In this document: positions 1-7,027 of the stretch, piece after piece
Position numbering within the stretch: position 1 is the first letter of the stretch
Layout of the letters: the number at the start of each line of letters is the position of its first letter
Program-made: the position numbers and the translations under genes
Notes under the pieces: model-generated
The model's database searches: none
What the model was told of the DNA's origin: nothing
Seen by the model: the letters and a program-made list of their open reading frames with translations, nothing else
IMG/VR virus record: IMGVR_UViG_3300006116_000003
Coordinates: 1 to 60,313 of that record
Strand: one strand, 5' to 3'
Source of the DNA: a virus
Taxonomy: Duplodnaviria > Caudoviricetes
Length of the DNA stretch: 60,313 bases

Positions 1-120
1 TGACAGCCTGCGGCAGGCTGGCTCGAGGACGCAGCTCCCCCAGCCACCGCGCCGACGCGCCCGTCAGCCGCAGGCTGTCAGGCTCGACGGCGCGGCTGCC
101 TCGTCAAGTATTGACGAGCG
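1..120. repeat. Terminal direct repeat, left copy
   Basis: Identical to 60194-60313; probably an assembly circularisation overlap. Confidence 0.95.
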
Positions 121-200
121 TGCACTAAGTATCGCTCAAGTAATACTCTGCGCGCTGACAGTAAAAAAATTTTCCTTGACAAGTTGCTGCGTTAACTTTT

Positions 201-209
201 TGTGGATAA
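201..209 (-). promoter_or_regulatory. Single perfect DnaA box in AT-rich context
   Basis: TGTGGATAA = reverse complement of TTATCCACA, flanked by A/T tracts. Confidence 0.35.
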
Positions 210-442
210 CTAAATAAAAAAAACTTGCATTGGGGGGTGGCACCCCCCTTGACAACAGGAAACAAAAGGCACCGTAGGGGCCGGTGCCACAAACCCACAT
301 ACCCCCTAAAAACTGGAGCAAAACGGGGGTGGGGTATATTTTTCCTAGGAAAAACATGCCTATCCGCCGAAGGGGGTATACCCCCAATTGACTGTGAGGG
401 CGGGGTGGGGGTATGTCGGCGGCGGACGGCGCCTTTGCGTCT

Positions 443-518
443 AGGGGGCGGGGATTCTCATGGTCCATCTCCGGGTGGGCTGGATGCGTATCGTAACAGG
501 CGCACTGCCCTGCCCCCT
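443..518 (+). ncRNA. Candidate structured RNA (3-way junction)
   Basis: 11-bp P1 (443-453/508-518), P2 with c(UCCG)g loop (463-480), P3 (485-489/500-504); G-U pairs work on + strand only. Confidence 0.4.
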
Positions 519-613
519 TTACACCCACGCACAGGCCGGCTACAGGAATGGCCATGAACACGACAGCGCCTCGACCGACGACCTGAGGGCGTAGCCACTG
601 GCTACGCTCGGAT

Positions 614-689
614 CTGGGTGTAGCTCAAGTGGTAGAGCGCCTGCCTTGGGAGCAGGAGGTTGTAGGTTCAAGTCCTGTCACCCAGACCA
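614..689 (+). tRNA. tRNA-Pro(UGG)
   Basis: Acceptor CTGGGTG/CACCCAG, anticodon arm CCTGC-CTTGGGA-GCAGG, TTCAAGT T-loop, encoded CCA; 76 nt. Confidence 0.95.
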
Positions 690-757
690 GTTTGAAATCG
701 AAGTAGAAGAGAAGATAGACCGTGGGTGCGCGTGGGAGTACAGCGCACATCTGGCCC

Positions 758-821
758 GGAACCCGAAACGGCTGACGATTGCCTGAGATGGCATGAAACG
801 CGAAAGCGTCCCGTGGAGTCC
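758..821 (+). ncRNA. Hammerhead ribozyme, type I; predicted cleavage after C810 (GUC)
   Basis: Stem I ACGG/CCGU, core CUGACGA (772-778), stem II UGCC-UGAGAU-GGCA, GAAA (795-798), stem III ACGC-GAAA-GCGU, GUC triplet; U-U at position 10.1-11.1 is non-canonical. Confidence 0.75.
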
Positions 822-919
822 TCCGATCCGGGGAATAACTGAGGACCTGAGGCCCACATACCCACGATCTATCTTCTTTTATGGAAGCTATCACCCAGAC
901 CAACATATCGAGGGTAGTT

Positions 920-1141
920 ATGGGCGACGATGTCGAAGCGATGAAGTCCAACCGCAAGCTGCAGTCGGCCATGAAGAAGCGCCGGCTTGAGGCTGAGCAC
1001 AATGAGCGGATGGAGAAGCTGTACGCTTATTACGCCGGCACCGAGGTTCCCCTCAGTCGCGTGGCGCAGCGCCTCGGCGTGGGCGAGATGGTTGCGATGA
1101 AGAAGCTGTCAGACTATGGGCGTCGTGTTTCGCCGGATTAG
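920..1141 (+). CDS. Small putative HTH DNA-binding protein
   Basis: GAGGG RBS before ATG920 (ORF open from 881); VPLSRVAQRLGV HTH-like segment. Confidence 0.55.
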   Translation: MGDDVEAMKSNRKLQSAMKKRRLEAEHNERMEKLYAYYAGTEVPLSRVAQRLGVGEMVAMKKLSDYGRRVSPD

Positions 1142-1171
1142 CTTATTTTCTTGTAGCAGAGCATCTCACTT
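1132..1171 (+). pseudogene. 5' remnant of a disrupted tRNA (probably Thr)
   Basis: GCCGGAT-TA-GCTT...AGAGC-A-TCTCA-CT; the acceptor strand pairs perfectly with 1688-1694. Confidence 0.75.
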
Positions 1172-1183
1172 TAAGGTAGTGTT

Positions 1184-1202
1184 CTTCCTCTCGGCGAGGA
1201 AG
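1184..1202 (+). promoter_or_regulatory. Hairpin occluding the HNH Shine-Dalgarno
   Basis: CTTCCTC-TCGGC-GAGGAAG ending 4 nt before ATG1207. Confidence 0.6.
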
Positions 1203-1206
1203 TATT

Positions 1207-1599
1207 ATGCCCACGCACAAAACGTACCCATGCCTAAACTGCGGAGTCACAGTTACTCGGGTGAACACGATGGGCAAGTATTGTTCGAACAAGTGCCAGC
1301 ATGCGCACACCAGAGCGCAGAAAGTCACTTGCGGAACAGCAAGCCATGCCTCCGTCAGGCGGTACCTTTTGGACACTCGCGGGAGGCAATGTCAAGAGTG
1401 CGGCATTGAAGGATGGAACGGCAAGGCGCTGACATTCGAGCTTGAGCACATTGACGGGAACGGGGACAATAACAACCTTATCAACCTATTGATACTATGC
1501 CCGAACTGCCACTCGCAGACGGATACGTACAAAATCCGCAATAGGGGTAACGGCCGTCACCAGAGAAGGGTGCGGTACGCCGAGAAAAAGAGTTTTTAG
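1207..1599 (+). CDS. HNH endonuclease (free-standing, homing type)
   Basis: CxxC motifs, ELEHIDGNGDNNNLINL..LCPNCH; lower GC than the genome. Confidence 0.9.
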   Translation: MPTHKTYPCLNCGVTVTRVNTMGKYCSNKCQHAHTRAQKVTCGTASHASVRRYLLDTRGRQCQECGIEGWNGKALTFELEHIDGNGDNNNLINLLILCPNCHSQTDTYKIRNRGNGRHQRRVRYAEKKSF

Positions 1600-1675
1600 G
1601 CTTCAGAAGCATTGCTGGCGATGCGCCGGATTTGTAACCCGGAGACAGGGGGTTCGATTCCCTCCTGAAGCACCA
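1600..1675 (+). tRNA. tRNA-Thr(UGU), atypical
   Basis: Acceptor GCTTCAG/CTGAAGC, anticodon TGT at 1633-1635, TTCGATT, CCA; A8/U14 swap and A31-C39 mismatch. Confidence 0.85.
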
Positions 1676-1676
1676 C

Positions 1677-1698
1677 TCGATCCCCACATCCGGCACCA
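1677..1698 (+). pseudogene. 3' remnant of the disrupted tRNA
   Basis: TCGATC-CCCAC-ATCCGGC-A-CCA: T-loop, T-stem strand, acceptor strand and CCA. Confidence 0.8.
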
Positions 1699-1770
1699 TT
1701 CTCTTCTGTCACTTCCCAAGAGGCGGCTGATCCATTACATATTGGGCCGTTACGCGAAGAGACGAGAGCT

Positions 1771-2376
1771 ATGCCCAAAAAACCACCAGCCGAGCCGAGA
1801 CTCTCGAAGAGCCCGTTGGCGCGCATGCGCCCTGACGGCGGGGTTATTCCGCTCCCTACGCCTGCGCACGAATACGACGACGTGACGGCCGCGATGGTCG
1901 AGCGCCTGCGCGCTGGTGGCCTGCGCAAGGATCAGGTGGCCAAGCTGGTCGGGGTGAGCCTGCCCACGGTCGAGAAGTATTACGGCGAAGAGATGCAGGC
2001 CGGCACGTCGTCCCTGATGACGAAAATCGCCTCGAACATGGCCGTCATCGCGCAGGATCCGGGGCACAAGCAGTCTGTCGTGGCCGGCAAGTTCATGCTG
2101 AGCCGGCTGATGCCCGAGGTGTTCAGCGAGAAGCAGCAGATCCAGTTTCTGGGCAAGGACGGTCGGCCGATTGACCCTCAGCAGACGACCACGCTCGACC
2201 CTTACCAGTTGACCGACGAGCAGCGTTACGCGCTGCGCGAGGCGGTGTCCGGCGTGCTGCGCGAGGCCATCGACGAGGCCAGCGGCTATCGGCAGTCTCA
2301 GGTTCCGGAGGCTGACTACACGATGATTTCGGACGGGACCGACGAGGCGGAAGTCGAAGAGATCGACGACGAATGA
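1771..2376 (+). CDS. terS: Terminase small subunit
   Basis: HTH (QVAKLVGVSLPTVEKYY); overlaps terL start. Confidence 0.7.
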   Translation: MPKKPPAEPRLSKSPLARMRPDGGVIPLPTPAHEYDDVTAAMVERLRAGGLRKDQVAKLVGVSLPTVEKYYGEEMQAGTSSLMTKIASNMAVIAQDPGHKQSVVAGKFMLSRLMPEVFSEKQQIQFLGKDGRPIDPQQTTTLDPYQLTDEQRYALREAVSGVLREAIDEASGYRQSQVPEADYTMISDGTDEAEVEEIDDE

Positions 2377-4097
2377 GCCGGTTGATCGACATTGGGGGTG
2401 GGGTTCTGATCGACCCGAGCGAGCAGCTTCGGCTTCTCGAGCGGTACGATTACGAGAACAGCCTCTATGACTTTCTGGTCGGCGCGTGGCAGCACATTGA
2501 CGCCTCGCCGTGGAAGGACGGCTGGCCGATTGAGGCTGTGGCCGAGCACCTGCAGGCCGTGGTCGATGGCGACATCAAGCGGCTGGTGATCAACATCCCT
2601 CCGCGTATGGGCAAGTCATCGATCACGTCTGTGGCCTTCCCGGCTTGGACGTGGGCGCAGACGGAACGGTCGGCCACCTCGGGGCCTCAAGTCCAGTTCC
2701 TCTGCGCCTCATACGGTTCGTCTCTGGCGATGCGCGACTCCGTGAAGTGCCGCCGACTGATCGAGAGCCCGTGGTACCAGCGGTATTGGGGCGACCGCTT
2801 CAAGCTGACGTCCGACCAGAACACCAAGGGGCGCTTCCTGAACGATCAGCGCGGCGAGCGCCTGATCACCTCGGTCGATGCGAAGATCACCGGCGAGGGC
2901 GGCTCGATCATCATTGTGGACGACCCGAACGCGGCGAATGAGGCCTTCTCGGAGGCCAACATCCAGTCCACGATTGACTGGTGGGACGGGACGATGAGCA
3001 CCCGCCTCAACGACCAGAAGACCGGCGCGATGATCGTGATCCAGCAGAGGCTGGCCGAGAACGACTTGACCGGCCACATCCTCGACAACGACACCGAGGG
3101 CGAGTGGACCCACCTTGTGCTGCCGATGCGGTACGAGTGGGAGCGCCACTGCTCGACGGTCATCGGTTGGGAAGACCCCCGCGGCTGCGACGACGACGGA
3201 GAGCCGCTGGTCAAGATCGGTGAGACAGGGGTCCGTGAGCCTGTCTCGCACAAGGCCGAGGTGGCTCTGAAGGAGCGGCAGGGCGAACTGCTGTGGGATG
3301 AGCGGTTCGGCGAGAAGGAAGTGGCCCGTCTGGAGCGCGTGCTGGGGCCGTATGGCGCCGCCGGCCAGTTGCAGCAGCGCCCCGACCCGCCGGGCGGCGG
3401 CGTGATCAAGCAGGAGTGGTGGAACCTGTGGGAGCACAAGGCCTATCCGGGGATGGATTTCATCTTGGCATCCCTCGATACCGCCTACACCACCGTCAAT
3501 TCCAATGACTTCTCGGCCTTGACCGTCTGGGGTGTGTTCACCGAAGACTTCAAGGCGCAGGAGATCCGGTCCTTTATGAAGGGATCGGGGGCCAGACAGG
3601 TCGAGCGCACCTACGTTGAGGGCTCGCCGAAGCTGATGCTGATGCACGCGTGGCAGGAGCGGCTCGAGTTTCACCAACTGATCGAGAAGGTGGCCGACAC
3701 CTGCCGGCGTTTGCGTGTAGATAAGCTGCTGATTGAAAATAAGGCCGCGGGTATTTCTGTGTCGCAGGAAATGCGGCGACTGTATAGCAGCGCAAGCTGG
3801 GCTGTTCAGTTGTCCGATCCGAAGAGTATGGACAAGCTATCGCGCCTCATTTCTATTCAGCATCTTTTTGCAGAGGGTTTGATCTTTGCGCCTGACTATT
3901 CGTGGGCGCAGGAAGTCATCAATCAGGTCGCGATGTTCCCGAAGGGGAAGCACGACGACTTGGTCGATACTGTGAGCATGTCGATCCGACACTTGCGCGA
4001 TCTGGGGCTTCTGACCCGCACCGCGGAACGAATGGAGGAACTTGAGTCGCTGAAGGTGTACCCCGGCAAGGGGCCGGTGCCGCTATATCCGGCGTGA
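2373..4097 (+). CDS. terL: Terminase large subunit
   Basis: IPPRMGKS Walker A, IIIVDD Walker B, SLDTA and HDDLVD nuclease motifs. Confidence 0.95.
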   Translation: MSRLIDIGGGVLIDPSEQLRLLERYDYENSLYDFLVGAWQHIDASPWKDGWPIEAVAEHLQAVVDGDIKRLVINIPPRMGKSSITSVAFPAWTWAQTERSATSGPQVQFLCASYGSSLAMRDSVKCRRLIESPWYQRYWGDRFKLTSDQNTKGRFLNDQRGERLITSVDAKITGEGGSIIIVDDPNAANEAFSEANIQSTIDWWDGTMSTRLNDQKTGAMIVIQQRLAENDLTGHILDNDTEGEWTHLVLPMRYEWERHCSTVIGWEDPRGCDDDGEPLVKIGETGVREPVSHKAEVALKERQGELLWDERFGEKEVARLERVLGPYGAAGQLQQRPDPPGGGVIKQEWWNLWEHKAYPGMDFILASLDTAYTTVNSNDFSALTVWGVFTEDFKAQEIRSFMKGSGARQVERTYVEGSPKLMLMHAWQERLEFHQLIEKVADTCRRLRVDKLLIENKAAGISVSQEMRRLYSSASWAVQLSDPKSMDKLSRLISIQHLFAEGLIFAPDYSWAQEVINQVAMFPKGKHDDLVDTVSMSIRHLRDLGLLTRTAERMEELESLKVYPGKGPVPLYPA

Positions 4098-4498
4098 TGG
4101 AGGGCGTTATGAACGAGTATGAGAGTGGGATCTTTGCCTTCGAGAAGGTGGTTTCCGGCGTTTTGGGGAAGACGAATGCGTCCCTTGAGGAGGCGGGCGT
4201 CGAATTTCGGATTGAGCGGTCCGACCAGATGGATGCGCGCCTTGCGGCCGACCGCGAGGCTGTCCGCGAGGCGGTTGGCGGGGCAATTTTCACCGCACGA
4301 CTGAACGCGCAGCGCACCGAAGACCTGCGCCGGCGGTTGCTCGAAGAAATCGGCCGCGTTGACCATATTGCGGGGCTCGTCACCGAACAAAGTGCAAGAA
4401 TGAGTCGCCTCTGGACCGAATTTGCTGCTATACCGGTCGCATTTCTTGAGATGGTCGGCGAAAAAGAAGAGGAAAAGGGCGTTGATGGACCCGAATAA
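4094..4498 (+). CDS. Hypothetical protein
   Basis: Coupled to terL stop. Confidence 0.6.
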   Translation: MMEGVMNEYESGIFAFEKVVSGVLGKTNASLEEAGVEFRIERSDQMDARLAADREAVREAVGGAIFTARLNAQRTEDLRRRLLEEIGRVDHIAGLVTEQSARMSRLWTEFAAIPVAFLEMVGEKEEEKGVDGPE

Positions 4499-4694
4499 TC
4501 GCATCCTGTGTCATGCGACGGTTGACAGTGTGTCTGATTGCACTTGGGAGGTGACCGTCTGGGGCGAAAGTCCATTTGACGTCACCAGAATCTATACTCT
4601 GACGGCGAAAGATGATAATTCAGCCGCGTTCGAGGGCATCGAACGCTTCACCGCGGAGATGGAAGACGTCCGCGCAGGCAAATCGAAGGATTGA
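4485..4694 (+). CDS. Hypothetical protein
   Basis: MDPNNRILC..; fills the gap before portal. Confidence 0.6.
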   Translation: MDPNNRILCHATVDSVSDCTWEVTVWGESPFDVTRIYTLTAKDDNSAAFEGIERFTAEMEDVRAGKSKD

Positions 4695-7027
4695 ACATGG
4701 ATAACGGCCTCGGTGCTCCCCTGATGAACATGCGAATGCCGGGGCCGGATCAGGAAGACCCCGATCTGGACTCGATTGTTATCTCCGACGCCGATCCCGA
4801 GCCCGACACCCACAAGGAAGACGACAAGGGCAACGTCATCGAGATCGAGCACGCCGATGGATCGGTGACAATCTCGCTCGATGACTCGCCTTTGATCTCG
4901 GGCGAGGGCGGTGCCGGCGACGATGGCGGCTGGTTCGACAATCTGGTGGACAAGATCGACCCGATGGAGCTCTCGGCCATCTCCGAGACCCTGATCCGCG
5001 GCATCGAAGAGGACATCGAGAGCCGCAAGGACTGGATCGAGGACCGCACGCAGGGCCTGAAGCTGCTTGGCCTCAAGGTCGAGCTGCCGGGCGTCTCTGG
5101 CGCCTCCGACGGCGCCCCTGTCGAGGGTATGTCACGCGTCCGCCACCCGCTTCTGCTCGAGGCCGTGCTGCGCTTTCAGGCCAACGCGCGCTCCGAGATG
5201 CTTCCGACCGACGGTCCGGTGAAGATCCGCGTCGATCAGGTGTCCGACACCCTACAGACCGACCAGTTGGCCAACGCTCTCGAGCGCGACTTCAACCATT
5301 ACCTGACCTCCACGGCCACCGAGTATTATCCCGACACCGACCGCATGCTGCTGATGCTGGGCTTCGGCGGCACGTCCTTCAAGAAGGTCTACTACTGCCC
5401 GCTGCGCAACCGGCCGGTGTCCGAGACCGTCGATGCCGACGACCTGATCGTCAACAACGACGCGACCGACCTCGACAACGCTAAGCGCATCACGCACCGG
5501 CTGATCATGCGGCCGTCCGTTGTGCGCCGCATGCAGATCCTCGGCGTCTACCGCGACGTGTCGCTGGGCGAGGCCAAGCCGCGCAACCTCGACTCGTTCC
5601 AGCGCGAGGAGAAGGAGCAGCAGGGGCTGGCGCCTGAGGCATCGAACCCCGAGGACCGCGACCGCGAGATCTACGAGTGCTACTGCGAGCTCGACCTCAA
5701 GGGGTTCGAGCACAAGTACAAGGGCAAAGTCTCCGGCCTCGAAGTGCCCTACTGTGTTACTATTGACGTTTCGTCGCGCGAGATCCTTTCGATTGTACGC
5801 AACTACGATCAAGAGGATCCCGACAATCTGCCCGAAGCACGCAAAGTATTCGTCAAGTATACTTTCGTGCCGGGCATCGGGTTCTACGACATTGGCCTGC
5901 TCCACATCTTGGGGAACACGACAAACGCTATCACGGCTGCTTGGCGTGAGCTGCTGGACGCGGGGATGTACTCGAACTTCCCCGGCTTCCTCATGGCCGA
6001 CACGGGGGCGAGGCAGAACACGAACATCTTCCGCGTTCCTCCGGGGGGTGGCGCGTTGGTGAAGACAGGCGGCCTGCCGATCAAGGACGCCATCATGCCG
6101 CTGCCGTACCAGCCGCCCAACGTCGCGATGATGCAGTTGGTGCAGGACATGGCCCAGACCGGCATGCGGATTGGTGGCACGTCGGAGCTTCAGGTCGGCG
6201 AAGGCCGGGCTGACGCGCCAGTGGGGACAACGCTGGCCTTGATCGAGCAGGCCACCAAGGTTCTGGACTCGGTGCACAAGCGCATGCACGCGGCTCAGGC
6301 GCAGGAGTTTCAGGCCCTGAAGCAGCGGTTCCGCGAGTACCCGAACAGCTTCTGGGAGCGCAACAACCGGCCAAATCAGGACTGGGATCAGCAGACCTTC
6401 CTGCAGGCGCTGGAGAACTGCGATCTCGTCCCGCAGGCCGACCCGAACACCGCTTCGCACGGCCAGCGGGTGATGAAGATCATGGCCCTGAAGCAGCTCC
6501 AGCAGCAAAACCCGTCGATGTACGACCCGATTGCGGTCGATACCGCGGCGCTGCAGGCAATCGGCTGGAGCAACCCCGAGCAGTTCCTCGTGCCGCCGAA
6601 CGCGCAGGCCGCGCCGCCGCCCGAGTTGATCCAAGCTCAGGCCAAGATGAAGAACGACGAGACGGACGCTCAGGCGCGGATGATGGAGGCGCAGGCCAAA
6701 GTCGCCGAGACGCAGGCCAAGATCCAGCAGGGCGCCTTCGCGCCGAAGCCGCAGGGCGGGCTGGGTGGCCCGGCTCAGCCGCAGGAACCGACGCCGATGC
6801 AGCTTGCGGAACTCAAGATCAAGCAGATGGATGCTGCGACCCGCGCTGAGGCCGTCGGGATCAAGCACCACGACACGATGGTCGAGGACCAGAACCGCGA
6901 TCTGGACCGCCAGAGCCGCGAGCGTGTCGAGCTGATGCAGTTGGCCAAGGAAGTCTTGACCCACCCTGAAGGCGTTGCAGGCGCCGAGCGTGGCGTCAGC
7001 AAGCTCAAGAAGGACGTCAGCGAATGA
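4691..7027 (+). CDS. Portal protein (podovirus type, long C-terminal extension)
   Basis: Position after terL, size, HPLLLEAVLRFQANA, GTSFKKVYY, APVGTTLALIEQ, Q/P-rich tail; start may be ATG4697. Confidence 0.88.
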   Translation: MNMDNGLGAPLMNMRMPGPDQEDPDLDSIVISDADPEPDTHKEDDKGNVIEIEHADGSVTISLDDSPLISGEGGAGDDGGWFDNLVDKIDPMELSAISETLIRGIEEDIESRKDWIEDRTQGLKLLGLKVELPGVSGASDGAPVEGMSRVRHPLLLEAVLRFQANARSEMLPTDGPVKIRVDQVSDTLQTDQLANALERDFNHYLTSTATEYYPDTDRMLLMLGFGGTSFKKVYYCPLRNRPVSETVDADDLIVNNDATDLDNAKRITHRLIMRPSVVRRMQILGVYRDVSLGEAKPRNLDSFQREEKEQQGLAPEASNPEDRDREIYECYCELDLKGFEHKYKGKVSGLEVPYCVTIDVSSREILSIVRNYDQEDPDNLPEARKVFVKYTFVPGIGFYDIGLLHILGNTTNAITAAWRELLDAGMYSNFPGFLMADTGARQNTNIFRVPPGGGALVKTGGLPIKDAIMPLPYQPPNVAMMQLVQDMAQTGMRIGGTSELQVGEGRADAPVGTTLALIEQATKVLDSVHKRMHAAQAQEFQALKQRFREYPNSFWERNNRPNQDWDQQTFLQALENCDLVPQADPNTASHGQRVMKIMALKQLQQQNPSMYDPIAVDTAALQAIGWSNPEQFLVPPNAQAAPPPELIQAQAKMKNDETDAQARMMEAQAKVAETQAKIQQGAFAPKPQGGLGGPAQPQEPTPMQLAELKIKQMDAATRAEAVGIKHHDTMVEDQNRDLDRQSRERVELMQLAKEVLTHPEGVAGAERGVSKLKKDVSE

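Noticed and set aside
1-120. 120-bp terminal repeat as a biological DTR
   Set aside because: It starts in the middle of a tandem-repeat unit and is most simply an assembler overlap; reads are needed to decide
136-561. ORFs 136-561(-) and 225-557(+)
   Set aside because: They overlap palindromic, low-complexity DNA with atypical codon usage and no RBS
690-760. HDV-like theta ribozyme directly after tRNA-Pro
   Set aside because: No nested double pseudoknot found starting at the tRNA 3' end
1600-1675. tRNA-Tyr(GUA) reading of TTGTAAC
   Set aside because: Stem register centres TGT, and there is no long variable arm
1132-1698. Group I intron in a tRNA anticodon loop
   Set aside because: No room for an intron core outside the HNH ORF and tRNA, and the flanking halves lack about 20 nt needed to rebuild a tRNA
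1677-1698. attP/attR-type tRNA 3' duplication
   Set aside because: It does not match the adjacent tRNA's 3' end, it pairs with the upstream remnant, and no integrase is present
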